DNA of 64,000 nt from the NCBI GenBank assembly GCA_002269645.1, contig NIVC01000158.1, positions 248,001 to 312,000 on the forward strand, in the 5' to 3' direction. Origin of the DNA: Macrostomum lignano. Lineage: Eukaryota. The position numbers and the translations under genes were made by a program. This document shows positions 12,000 through 23,941 of the stretch, in pieces. The notes under the pieces are model-generated. The model had not been told where the DNA came from. It searched no databases and saw only the letters and a program-made list of their open reading frames with translations. Each line of letters begins with the position of its first letter. Position 1 is the stretch's first letter.

Positions 12000-14840
12000 A
12001 GCGCAATGTCAAACATAGAAGAGCCAACATATCGAACATAAAAGAGTTACCAAATCAAACATAGAAGAGCCACCATGTCGAACATTAAAGAGCCACCATG
12101 TAGAATATTGAAGAGCCACCATGAAGAACATTAAAGAGCCACCATGTCAAACATTTAGAAGGTTCCATGTCAAAGATTTAAGAGCCACCATGTCAAACAT
12201 TTAAGAGCCACCCTGTCAAACATAAAAGAGCCACCATGTCAAACATAAAAGAGCCACCATGTCGAACATAAAAGAGCCACCATGTCAAACATAAAAGAGC
12301 CGCCATGTCAAACATAAAAGAGCCACCATGTCAAACATAAAAGAGCCACCATGTCAAACATAAAAGAGCCACCATGTCGAACATAAAAGAGCCACCATGT
12401 CAAACATAAAAGAGCCACCATTTCGAACATTAAAGAGCCACCATTTCGAACATTAAAGAGCCACCATTTTGAACATTTAAGAGCCACCATGTCAAACAAT
12501 TAGAAGCCACCATGTCAAACATTAAAGAGCCACCATGTCGAACATTTAAGAGCCACCATTTCGAACATTAAAGAGCCACCATGTCGAACATTAAAGAGCC
12601 ACCATGTCAAACATTTAAGAGCCACCATGTCAAACATTAAAGAGCCACTTTGTCGAACATTAAAGAGCCACCATGTCAAACATAAAAGAGCCACCATGTC
12701 GAACATAAAAGAGCCACCATGTCAAACATAAAGAACCACCATGTCAAACATATATGTGACTTTATGTCAAACATTAAAGAGTTACCATTTCAAACCTTAA
12801 AAAGCCACTATGTCGAACATTAAAGAGCCACCATGTCTAACATAAAAGAGCTATACCATGAAGAACATTAAAGAGCCACCATGTGGAACATAAAAGAGCC
12901 ACCATGTAGAATATTAAAGAGCCACCATGTCAAACATTTAAGAGCCACCATTTCGAACATTAAAGAGCCACCATGTCGAACATTAAAGAGCCACCATGTC
13001 AAACATTTAAGAGCCACCATGTCAAACATTAAAGAGCCACTTTGTCGAACATTAAAGAGCCACCATGTCAAACATAAAAGAGCCACCATGTCGAACATAA
13101 AAGAGCCACCATGTCAAACATAAAGAACCACCATGTCAAACATTTAGGAGCCACCATGTCAAACATATATGTGACTTTATGTCAAACATTAAAGAGTTAC
13201 CATTTCAAACCTTAAAAAGCCACTATGTCGAACATTAAAGAGCCACCATGTCTAACATAAAAGAGCTATACCATGAAGAACATTAAAAAGCCACCATGTG
13301 GAACATAAAAGAGCCACCATGTAGAATATTAAAGAGCCACCATGTCAAACATTTAAGAGCCACCATGTCGAACATTAAAGATCCACTATGTCAAACATTT
13401 AAGAGCCACCATGTCAAACATATATGTGACTTTATGTCAAACATTAAAGAGCCACCATGTCGAACATTAAAGAGCCACCATGTGAAACATTAAGGAGCCA
13501 CCATTTCGAACATTAAAGAGCCACCATGTCGAACATTAAAGAGCCACCATGTCGAACATTAAAGAGCCACCATGTAAAACATTAAAGAGCCACATTGTTA
13601 AACATAAAAGAGCCATTATGTCGTACATTAAAGAGCCACCATGTAAAACATTAAAGAGCCGCCATGTCAAAACATAAAAGTGCCATCATGTCAAACCAAA
13701 AAGACCCACCATGTCTAACAGAAAAGAGCCACCATGTCAAACATAAATCTGGCATGATGTCAAACATTAAAGTGCCACCATATCGAACATTAAAGAGCCA
13801 CCATGTCAAACAATAAAGAGCCACCATGTCAAACAATAAAGAGCCACCATGTCAAACATAAATCTGGCATGATGTCAAACATTAAAGTGCCACCATATCG
13901 AACATTAAAGAGCCACCATGTCAAACATTAAAGAGCCACCATGTCGAACATTTAAGAGCCACCATTTCGAACATTAAAGAGCCACCATGTCGAACATTAA
14001 AGAGCCACCATGTCAAACATTTAAGAGCCACCATGTCAAACAATAAAGAGCCACTTTGTCGAACATTAAAGAGCCACCATGTCAAACATAAAAGAGCCAC
14101 CATGTCGAACATAAAAGAGCCACCATGTCAAACATAAAGAACCACCATGTCAAACATTTAGGAGCCACCATGTCAAACATATATGTGACTTTATGTCAAA
14201 CATTAAAGAGTTACCATTTCAAACCTTAAAAAGCCACTATGTCGAACATTAAAGAGCCACCATGTCAAACCTAAAAGAGCCACCAAGTCGAACATTAAAG
14301 AGCCACCATGTCAAACATAAATCTGGCATGATGTCAAACATTAAAGTGCCACCATATCGAACATTAAAGAGCCACCATGTCTAACAGTAAAGAGCCACTA
14401 TGTTAAAAATTAAAGGACCACCATGTCGAACATTAAAGAGCCACCATGTCAAAAATAGAAGAGCCACCATGTCAAACATAGAAGAGCCACCATGTCTAAC
14501 ATTAAAGAGCCACTATGTCGAACATTAAAGAGCCACCATGTCTGACATTAAAGAGCCACCATGTCAAAAATAGAAGAGCCACCATGTCGAACATTAAAGA
14601 GCCACCATGTAAAACATTAAAGAGCCACATTGTTAAACATAGAAGAGCCACCATGTCTAACATTAAAGAACCACCATGTCAAACATTAAAGAGCCACCAT
14701 GTCTAACATTAAAGAGCCACCATGTCTAACATTAAAGAGCCACCATGTCAAACATTAAAGAGCCACCATGTCTAACATTAAAGAGCCACCATGTCTAACA
14801 TTAAAGAGCCACCATGTCTAACAGTAAAAAGCCACCATGT
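12000..14840. repeat. 23 bp minisatellite (GAGCCACCATGTCAAACATAAAA) with higher-order blocks
   Basis: Period 23 (12320, 12343); about 120 copies; variant block catatatgtgactttatg recurs near 12748, 13165, 13418 and 14178. Confidence 0.97.
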
Positions 14841-14841
14841 C

Positions 14842-15478
14842 GCCTGCTATCTGGGGGTGCTTGCTATCTGGGAGAGCCTGCTATCTGGGGGTGCTTGCTA
14901 TCTGGTGGTGCTTGCTATCTGGAGGTGCTTGCTATCTGGGGGTGCCTGCTATCTGGGGGTGCCTGCTATCTGGGGGTGCTAGCTATCTGGTGGTGCTTGC
15001 TATCTGGGGGTGCTTGCTATCTGGGGTGCTTGCTATCTGGGGGTGCTTGCTATCTGGGGTGCTTGCTATCTGGGGGTGCCTGCTATCTGGGGGTGCCTGC
15101 TATCTGGGGTCGCTTGCTATCTGGGGTGCTTGCTATCTGGGGGATGCTTGCTATCTGGGGGGTGCCTGCTATCTGGGGGGTGCTTGCTATCTGGGGGGAT
15201 GCTTGCTATCTGGGGGGATGCTTGCTATCTGGGGGGTGCCTGCTATCTGGGGGGTGCTTGCTATCTGGGGGGATGCTTGCTATCTGGGGGGATGCTTGCT
15301 ATCTGGGGGTGCTTGCTATCTGGGAGTTCTTGCTATCTGGGGTGCTTGCTATCTGGGGGATGCTTGCTATCTGGGGGGTGCCTGCTATCTGGGGGGTGCT
15401 TGCTATCTGGGGGGATGCTTGCTATCTGGGGGGTGCTTGCTATCTGGGGGGTGCCTGCTATCTGGGGGTATGCTTGCT
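14842..15478. repeat. 16-19 bp G-run minisatellite (TGCTATCTGGGGGTGCT)
   Basis: Directly abuts the 23-bp array; variable G-run length. Confidence 0.95.
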
Positions 15479-15993
15479 GTCTTAGGATGTTTTCTTTTCG
15501 CATTGCACTTCATCTGAGCAGTTTTTCTATTGACTATGTGAAGGCTTTGTTTGGCCATCTTATTGATACTTGTAGAGAACAGAGATTCTATCTAGATGTC
15601 CCCCATCGGGGGGCGAAGATTGCTAGTTTTTATACTAAAATTATAATATAATGTATTATTATTATCTTTATTATTAATAAGTAAAAAAATATATATATTA
15701 TTATTATTATATTATTATATTATTTTGTACATTATTATTTTTATACTATAATATTATAATATTACTATATTATTACATTTATATATACACTTATATACAT
15801 TTATATATATACACATGCAACTTATGTTCTCTTTGGACATGTCCGAAGGCACTGTTATTTCGTTATAGATGAAGGGGAAATGTCCGGAGGGGAAAAGTCC
15901 CTAAAGGAAAATATCCCCGAGGGGAAGTGTCCGGAGGGGAAATGCCGGAGGGGAAATGTCCAGAGGGGAAACGCCAGAGGGGAAATGTCCATA

Positions 15994-16242
15994 AGCAATG
16001 ACAATGAGGTCAAAGGCTGGCACCGTCGTTTGAAGACCCACGCCTACAGAGGCCAGTTACATCTATATGTGCTATTCGAACTGCTCCACAGAGAGGCTCT
16101 GTTGGCAGATGTACACGCCCAGCTCGTTCTGCAGGGCGAAAATGGCCGAGTGAAGCGTGCTAAATATCATCGAATAGATGATCGATTGAAATCACTGTAC
16201 CACAGGTATGACAATCAGGAGCTGACACCTGTGGAGCTTTGA
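15994..16242 (+). pseudogene. MULE transposase C-terminal fragment
   Basis: SNDNEVKGWHRRLKTHAYRGQLHLYVLFELLHREA...KRAKYHRIDDRLKSLYHRYDNQELTPVEL resembles the RTNNxxEGWHxRLN...LLHxEA region of MULE transposases; catalytic E appears as K. Confidence 0.7.
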
Positions 16243-17468
16243 AATTTTAGTTTTTTAATTTTAGTTTTTTACTTCTTCGGACTCTTTTCGTTTCTAAAAA
16301 ATAATCTCGTTTCTAAGAACTCTTTTCGTTTCATTTTAACTGCAATTTTAACTTTATATTTTCGCATAAACAATGAATACACAAATAACCATGTGTTTGT
16401 ATAACCATGCATTCGCCTTCGTTTTACTTTCGAAATTGGCTTTCGTCTTTTTTTAATTTCATTTCTTTGGTATATTTTTGAGACTGCATGTATATTGGAC
16501 AGGCCTACTCAGATAGATAACCAAATTCGTCAACAGAGTTGACGAATTAAATGTTGACGAATTCGGTGGCACCCTTTGTAATTAAGCTGCCCAGACTTGC
16601 TCCAAAATTAAGCCATTTCTGTAGACTTCAGGGTCTCCCCACTCTTGGACCACTTTCAGTAGTATTTCTAAAATTTCGCAATCTTTTTTTGCATACTCCT
16701 GGGATTTGTCTGCTCGGATGGCTTAGGTGGACTTGGTCTTAGCACTGTCCCTGATTCCACTGTTGGTCAGCAGTGTCTTAGTCCATAGGTTTGGGTTAGT
16801 AGCTTTCCCTGGCCTCGACATCAGGGTCCAATCTGGGCTACTTGGGCTATATGCCCCTGGTAGATGTGCCCCCCTCCCCCCTCAGTGGCAGAGCCCTTCC
16901 CTGGGCTGATCCGCAGGAGCCCCTAGGCTACCCACCTCGTTTAACAACAACAACAAAGGCCTATTAGTATTGGTGCTTAACTTTTACTAACTCAAGTAGA
17001 CTAAATAAAGTTGTTGTGAATATGAAATGCAATTCTACAAAAACTCAAGCATGCCTCAAATATGACTATGCCCTGGAAACATTTCAAAGTTGCAGACAAT
17101 GAAATTCATTAAATTGACACTTGGGCAACTTTAAATGCAACATCTTGTCATTTCTGAGTTGTCTAGAGTCTTCTTTCCCATTTTACCTGTGTTACCTGTT
17201 ATGACTCTGTGATGCTTCTTGGCCTAGGTACCATTTTCATTTGGTAGGTGTTGGTTGTGGCAAAAATGGGAAGCTGGCAACATTCTTGCAAAATGGAAAG
17301 AGCGACAGAGCCTGGGTTTGGATAGCCTGAGGTGGAGGAGCCGAAAGGGGACAAATGGAAGGCTTAGGAGCGAGGGAGCGGTTTAAGGAGGATTCATTTC
17401 TCAACTCATTCTATTCTCAAATTTGCAAACACTCGTGACTGGCTTTATTGCGCTAATAATTGCACTTC

Positions 17469-20400
17469 ATGCTTGTTGCTATGACAACCACTGTTTTCTC
17501 TGTAAGCATCTGCTGTTGTCTGCTGGCAGCAGCCGCCGCAGCCGATTCGGAAGCTGGAGAGTCACCGCGCGGCGTGCCTCGCTCCAAACTGGGCCTCTAC
17601 GATCCCACGAAACCGTTCAACTGCCTTGACGGCTCCGGCACCCTGCCCTGGTCCAAGGTCAACGACGACTACTGCGACTGCCGCGACGGGTCGGACGAGC
17701 CGGGCACTTCGGCTTGTAAGAATGGCCGGTTTTTCTGTAGAAACCGGGGGCACAAGCCCAAGTACCTGCTGGCTAGTCGGGTCAACGACGGCGTCTGCGA
17801 CTGCTGCGACGGCACCGACGAATTCGATTCGTGGACTACCTGCGCCGACGTCTGCTGGGAGGAGGGCAAAGCGGCCAGGTGGGTGGCGTAGGCTGCGTCC
17901 AGGAAGATGATGGATGAGTCAGGAAGATGATAGATGAGTCAGGAAGATGATAGATGATTCAGGAAGATGACAGATGAGTCACTAAGATGGCAGATCAGTC
18001 AGGAAGGTGACAAATGAGTCAGGAAGATGATATTAGTCAGGAAGGTGACAGATGAGTCACTAAGATGGCAGATCAGTCAGGAAGATGGCAGATCAGTCAG
18101 GAAGATGACAGATCAGTCAGGAAGGTGACAAATGAGTCAGGAAGATGATATTAGTCAGGAAGATGACAGATCAGTCAGGAAGGTGACAGATCAGTCAGGA
18201 AGGTGACAAATGAGTCAGGAAGATGATATTAGTCAGGAAGATGACAGATCAGTCAGGAAGATGACAGATCAGTCAGGAAGGTGACAGATCAGTCAGGAAG
18301 ATGACAGATCAGTCAGGAAGGTGACAAATGAGTCAGGAAGATGATATTAGTCAGGAAGGTGACAGATCAGTCAGGAAGGTGACAAATGAGTCAGGAAGAT
18401 GATATTAGTCAGGAAGATGACAGATCAGTCAGGAAGGTGACAGATCAGTCAGGAAGGTGACAAATGAGTCAGGAAGATGATATTAGTCAGGAAGGTGACA
18501 GATCAGTCAGGAAGGTGACAGATCAGTCAGGAAGGTGACAAATGAGTCAGGAAGATGATATTAGTCAGGAAGATGACAGACGAGTCAGGAAGATGACAGA
18601 TGATTCAGGAAGATGACAGATGAGTCACTAAGATGGCAGATCAGTCAGGAAGATGACAGATCAGTCAGGAAGATGGCAGATCAGTCAGGAAGATGACAGA
18701 TCAGTCAGGAAGGTGACAAATGAGTCAGGAAGATGATATTAGTCAGGAAGATGACAGATGAGTCAGGAAGATGATATTAGTCAGGAAGGTGACAGATCAG
18801 TCAGGAAGATGGCAGATCAGTCAGGAAGATGACAGATCAGTCAGGAAGATGACAGATCAGTCAGGAAGGTGACAAATGAGTCAGGAAGATGACATTAGTC
18901 AGGAAGGTGACAGATCAGTCAGGAAGGTGACAGATCAGTCAGGAAGGTGACAAATGAGTCAGGAAGATGATATTAGTCAGGAAGATGACAGATGAGTCAG
19001 GAAGATGATATTAGTCAGGAAGATGACAGATGAGTCAGGAAGATGATATTAGTCAGGAAGGTGACAGATCAGTCAGGAAGGTGACAGATCAGTCAGGAAG
19101 GAGACAGATCAGTCAGGAAGGTGACAAATGAGTCAGGAAGATGATATTAGTCAGGAAGATGACAGACGAGTCAGGAAGATGACAGATGAGTCAGGAAGAT
19201 GATAGATGAGTCAGGAAGATGACAGATCAGTCAGGCAGATGACAGATCAGTCAGGAAGATGACAGATCAGTCAGGCAGATGACAGATCAGTCAGGCAGAT
19301 GACAGATCAGTCAGGCAGATGACAGATCAGTCAGGCAGATGACAGATCAGTCAGGCAGATGACAGATCAGTCAGGAAGGTGACAAATGAGTCAGGAAGAT
19401 GATATTAGTCAGGAAGATGACAGACGAGTCAGGAAGATGGCAGATGATTCAGGAAGATGACAGATGATTCAGGAAGATGACAGATGAGTCACTAAGATGG
19501 CAGATCAGTCAGGAAGATGACAGATCAGTCATTCAGATTACAAAAAAAGTCAGGCAGATAGCCATCTTTATCCAACCTGTTCACCCAGAGAGGAGGCGGA
19601 GCGCCGTCACGCCCTGCTAGTCGAAGGCCACAAGGTGTACAACACTTGGCTGCAGGATGTTGAGCCGAAGCTGGCCGCCAGACGGAAGCGCTTAGCGGAG
19701 ATCGGCGCCGAGCTGGAGCGGGTGCAGCCGAGCAAGGCGGAGCTGGAGTCGGCTAAGAAAGCGGCCGAGGATGCGGAAGAGGCGGCCAAAACCGAGCATA
19801 AGAAGGTTGGGCGGGGGGAGTTCATGATTACACTTAGTTTTACAGTGATTTATGGCAGATATCTGTGGCTGTGATCTGACAGATATCTAACTGTGATCTG
19901 ACATATCTCTAACTGTGATCTGACAGATATCTTACTGTGATCTGACAGATATCTAACTGTGATCTGACAGATATCTAACTGTGATCTGACAGATCTCTAA
20001 CTGTGATCTGACAGATATCTAACTGTGATCTGACAGATATCTTACTGTGATCTGACAAATCTCTAACTGTGATCTGACAGATCTCTAACTGTGATGTGTG
20101 TGTGTTTATCTTACAACTCACCCACAACCGCCCCGCCGCCGCAGGCCTGGGAGGAGTCGCGCGAACGCCAGCGAGCCGAGCGCGTCTTCAACGAGCTGGA
20201 CTCAGACTCCGACGGTCGCATCGGCCTGGCCGACCTGCAGATCCATCCAGAATTCGACGTCAACGCCGACGGCGGCGTCACCTTGGACGAGCTGCGCCAA
20301 TACACCGAAGGCTTAGACGAAGCGGACTTTGCCTCCTTCCAGGAGAAGATCTGGCCAAATATTAAAACCATTTTCAAATCGTTGAAGCAGCAACAGCAGC

Positions 20401-22644
20401 CGGCTGCGGAATCGGCTCCAACTGCCGAGGAGTCGACGGACAAAGAAATGGACGAAGCTCTAGGCGAAGGCGCTCAACCGCCGCCGACGCAGCCGACGCC
20501 GCAGGAGGATCAAGCCGAGGCCGAGACGGACTCGATGCCCGACTATCCGGCCGAGGTGCAGGAGCTGATCAACAAGGCCAACGAAGCTCGGGAGGCCTAC
20601 AATAAAGCCAATGATGAGGCTAGCAAGCTGACTACGGAGAAGTCGGACTTGGAGCGCCTGGTTGAGCGAGACTACGGCCCGTCTAATGCGTTCTTTCCTA
20701 TGGCCGATTCTGGCGAGTGTGCCGAGTTCAACGACAATGAATACACCTATAAGCTGTGCCCGTTTAAGGAGAGCCTGCAGGTTCGCTTTTTATTAACTGC
20801 CGTGTTTGTTGGAGTTTGGAGATCTGCAGATTGGACCTTTGAGTTTATAGATCTACAAATTGGACCTTTGAGTTTATAGATCTACAGATTGGACCTTTGA
20901 GTTTATAGATCTGCAGATCGGTCCTTTGAGTTTATAGATCTGCAGATTGGACCTTTGAGTTTATAGATCTGCAGATTGGACCTTTGAGTTTATAGATCTG
21001 CAGATTGGACCTTTGAGTTTATAGATCTGCAGATTGGACCTTTGAGTTTATAGATCTACAGATTAGACCTTTGAGTTTATAGATCTACAGATTGGACCTT
21101 TGAGTTTATAGATCTACAGATTAGACCTTTGAGTTTATAGATCTGCAGATTGGTCCTTTGAGTTTATAGATCTGCAGATCGGTCCTTTGAGTTTATAGAT
21201 CTACAAATTGGACCTTTGAGTTTATAGATCTGCAGATTTAACCTTTGAGTTTATAGATCTGCAGATTGGACCTTTGAGTTTATAGATCTGCAGATCGGTC
21301 CTTTGAGTTTATAGATCTACAAATTGGACCTTTGAGTTTATAGATCTACAGATTGGACCTTTGAGTTTATAGATCTGCAGATCGGTCCTTTGAGTTTATA
21401 GATCTGCAGATTGGACCTTTGAGTTTATAGATCTGCAGATTGGACCTTTGAGTTTATAGATCTGCAGATTTGACCTTTGAGTTTATAGATCTACAGATTA
21501 GACCTTTGAGTTTATAGATCTACAGATTGGACCTTTGAGTTTATAGATCTACAGATTAGACCTTTGAGTTTATAGATCTGCAGATCGGTCCTTTGAGTTT
21601 ATAGATCTACAAATTGGACCTTTGAGTTTATAGATCTGCAGATTTAACCTTTGAGTTTATAGATCTGCAGATTGGACCTTTGAGTTTATAGATCTGCAGA
21701 TCGGTCCTTTGAGTTTATAGATCTGCAGATTGGACCTTTGAGTTTATAGATCTGCAGATTTAACCTTTGAGTTTATAGATCTGCAGATTGGACCTTTGAG
21801 TTTATAGATCTACAGATTGGACCTTTGAGTTTATAGATCTGCAGATTGGACCTTTGAGTTTATAGATCTACAGATTGGACCTTTGAGTTTATAGATCTAC
21901 AGATACTTTGAGTTTATAGATCTGCAGGTTGGACCTTTGAGTTTATAGATCTGCAGATTGGACCTTTGAGTTTATAGATCTACAGATTGGACCTTTGAGT
22001 TTATAGATCTACAGATTGGACCTTTGAGTTTATAGATCCACAGATACTTTGAGTTTATAGATTCACAGAAGATCGGTACTTAGAGTTTATAGATCCACAG
22101 ATCGGTACTTAGAGTTTATAGATCCACAGATCGGTACTTTGAGTTTATAGATCCACAGATCGGTACTTTGAGTTTATAGATCCACAGATCGGTACTTTGA
22201 GTTTATAGATCCACAGATCGGTACTTTGAGTTTATAGATCCACAGAGCGGTACTTTGAGGTTATAGATCCACAGATCGGTACTTTGAGGTTATAGATCCA
22301 CAGAGCGGTCTTTTAGATTACAATTGATGCAGACCAGCAGAAAATTTCAATATAAATCACAGATTCAAAAGGCTTCGGGATCGAGCACATCGCTGGGCCG
22401 ATTCAAAGACTGGTCCGGTCCCGAAGGCGACAAGTACAGCTCGCAGGAGTACACTGACGGCCAGGGCTGCTGGAACGGGCCAAACAGATCCACAAAAGTG
22501 CGCATCGTCTGCGGCCCGAAGACCGAACTGCTGTCGGCTAGCGAGCCGAGCCGCTGCGAGTACAGCATGGAGCTGGCCACGCCTGCGGCTTGTCACGCCC
22601 ATCCGACTGCCGAGACTGTTGACCCGGAGCACGATGAGCTGTAG
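17469..22644 (+). CDS. PRKCSH: glucosidase II beta subunit (about 514 aa, 4 exons)
   Basis: Exons 17469-17878, 19589-19805, 20145-20780 and 22363-22644 join in phase. Signal peptide, LDLa-like DDYCDCRDGSDEPGTSAC, EF-hand-like DSDSDGRI/DVNADGGV, acidic region, MRH domain (GQGCWNGPNRST...EPSRCEY), C-terminal HDEL. Start could instead be ATG 17481. Confidence 0.96.
17900..19535. repeat. 20/18 bp minisatellite (GTCAGGAAGATGACAGATCA) filling PRKCSH intron 1
   Basis: Starts about 20 nt after the donor and ends about 50 nt before the acceptor. Confidence 0.96.
19850..20095. repeat. 22 bp minisatellite (GTGATCTGACAGATATCTAACT) in PRKCSH intron 2
   Basis: TGACAG at 19921, 19943 and 19965. Confidence 0.93.
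20813..22318. repeat. 29 bp minisatellite (TTTGAGTTTATAGATCTGCAGATTGGACC) filling PRKCSH intron 3
   Basis: About 50 copies; unit drifts to a GATCCACAGATCGGTAC variant at the 3' end. Confidence 0.96.
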
Positions 22645-22789
22645 CTGGCCAAATTCTGGGCGTTGCTGATGATGTGGCGAAACTAACTTGATTGGACCTT
22701 GAGTGATGTAGCTTCTCTGCTATTGGTTTACTGTTTATGCCGGATATTACTGTCTGTAGCACTATTAGTGAGTCAGTCACTGATTGGCC

Positions 22790-23250
22790 CACCTGTGAGT
22801 CATTGATGGGGGGTCCAGTTGTGAGTAGGGGGACAGAGTGAGTCAATGATGGGGGTCCAGTTGTGAGTATTGGGGGGGCAGAGTGAGTCACTGATGGGGG
22901 TCCAGTTGTGAGTATTGGGGGGCAGAGTGAGTCACTGATGGGGGTCCAGTTGTGAGTAGGGGGGTGGGGGGCAGTTTGAGTCACTGATGGGGGTCCAGTT
23001 GTGAGTAGGGGGGCAGAGTGAGTCACTGATGGGGGTCCAGTTGTGAGTAGGGGGGGCAGTTTGAGTCACTGATGGGGGTCCAGTTGTGAGTAGGGGGGGG
23101 CAGTTTGAGTCACTGATGGGGTCCAGTTGTGAGTAGGGGGGGGCAGTGTGAGTCACTGATGGGGTCCAGCTGTGAGTAGGGGGGGGGCAGTGTGAGTCAC
23201 TAATGGGGGTGTAGGGGGGCAGAGAGTTGTGAGTAGGCAGAGTGAGTTAC
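22790..23250. repeat. 41-43 bp G-rich minisatellite downstream of the PRKCSH stop
   Basis: Unit GAGTCACTGATGGGGGTCCAGTTGTGAGTAGGGGGGGCAGAGT, about 10 copies. Confidence 0.93.
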
Positions 23251-23941
23251 TGAAGGACTTTGCGCCCCCACTCTGCCTATCAGTGCCAATAGTGACAGGC
23301 TTTTCTGTTTAATAATTAATTTTTTCAGCTACTAATAATGCCTGGTGTTTTAGAACAAACTATTAATAGTACTTTCGTGCACACGCTTGCACTTGAGTGT
23401 GGTCAATTGCTGTTAACCTTTGTCAAACTTCTGTCTGTCACAATACCTTTTTCTACTATCCACTTTGTTAATTAAGTCAGTCGTGTTGGTTCATTGTATT
23501 CTATTTATGACTGGGGGAATTCATAATGATATAGGTTTTATATCTTCAATAAAATCTACATTGCTAGGCTAGCTTCTATAAAACAGTTTGGCGTATTGTT
23601 TTGAGCTTTTAATAATTTTACTACAAGCTTAAGAATTGAAATGTTTTGATTGTTCATTCATAAGTTCAGGCATACCCTATGGAGAGTGGGAATTCCAAAC
23701 CCAGGCAAACTTCGGCCTACTCAAGGTTTGTCTCTTCTCAGCTTTTCTCTCTTCTTCCATCTCTTCTCCTATCTCATCTCTCTCATCTATCCCGCAGCCA
23801 TGAGCTAGAATCTTCATCTGGCCCTTGGAGTAAAAAGATTTCAGACCCCTGATCTACTCTGAGTAGTGTAACACGATTTTTAGGTTATTAAATTGGAATT
23901 ACAAAAATATATCGATTTTAATGCCTATTTTGCATGTAATC

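Larger units (their letters stand above)
11164..15993. mobile_element. inner TIR element with GGACATTTCCCC subterminal repeats, flanked by a 13-bp direct repeat
   Basis: Tandem ggacatttcccctc at 11170-11240 and inverted gaggggaaatgtcc at 15873-15990; AGCAATGACAATG at both 11151-11163 and 15994-16006. Confidence 0.6.
10847..16574 (+). mobile_element. degenerate MULE/Mutator-like DNA transposon with a nested insertion
   Basis: Inverted ends gggttacaccaaattcgtcaacatctaattcatcaaca (10847-) and tgttgacgaattaaatgttgacgaattcggtggcaccc (-16574); MULE transposase C-terminal remnant inside; no TSD found. Confidence 0.6.

Noticed and set aside
14814-15651. 213-226 aa Cys/Trp/Gly-rich ORFs
   Set aside because: Stop-free frames of the 17-bp array
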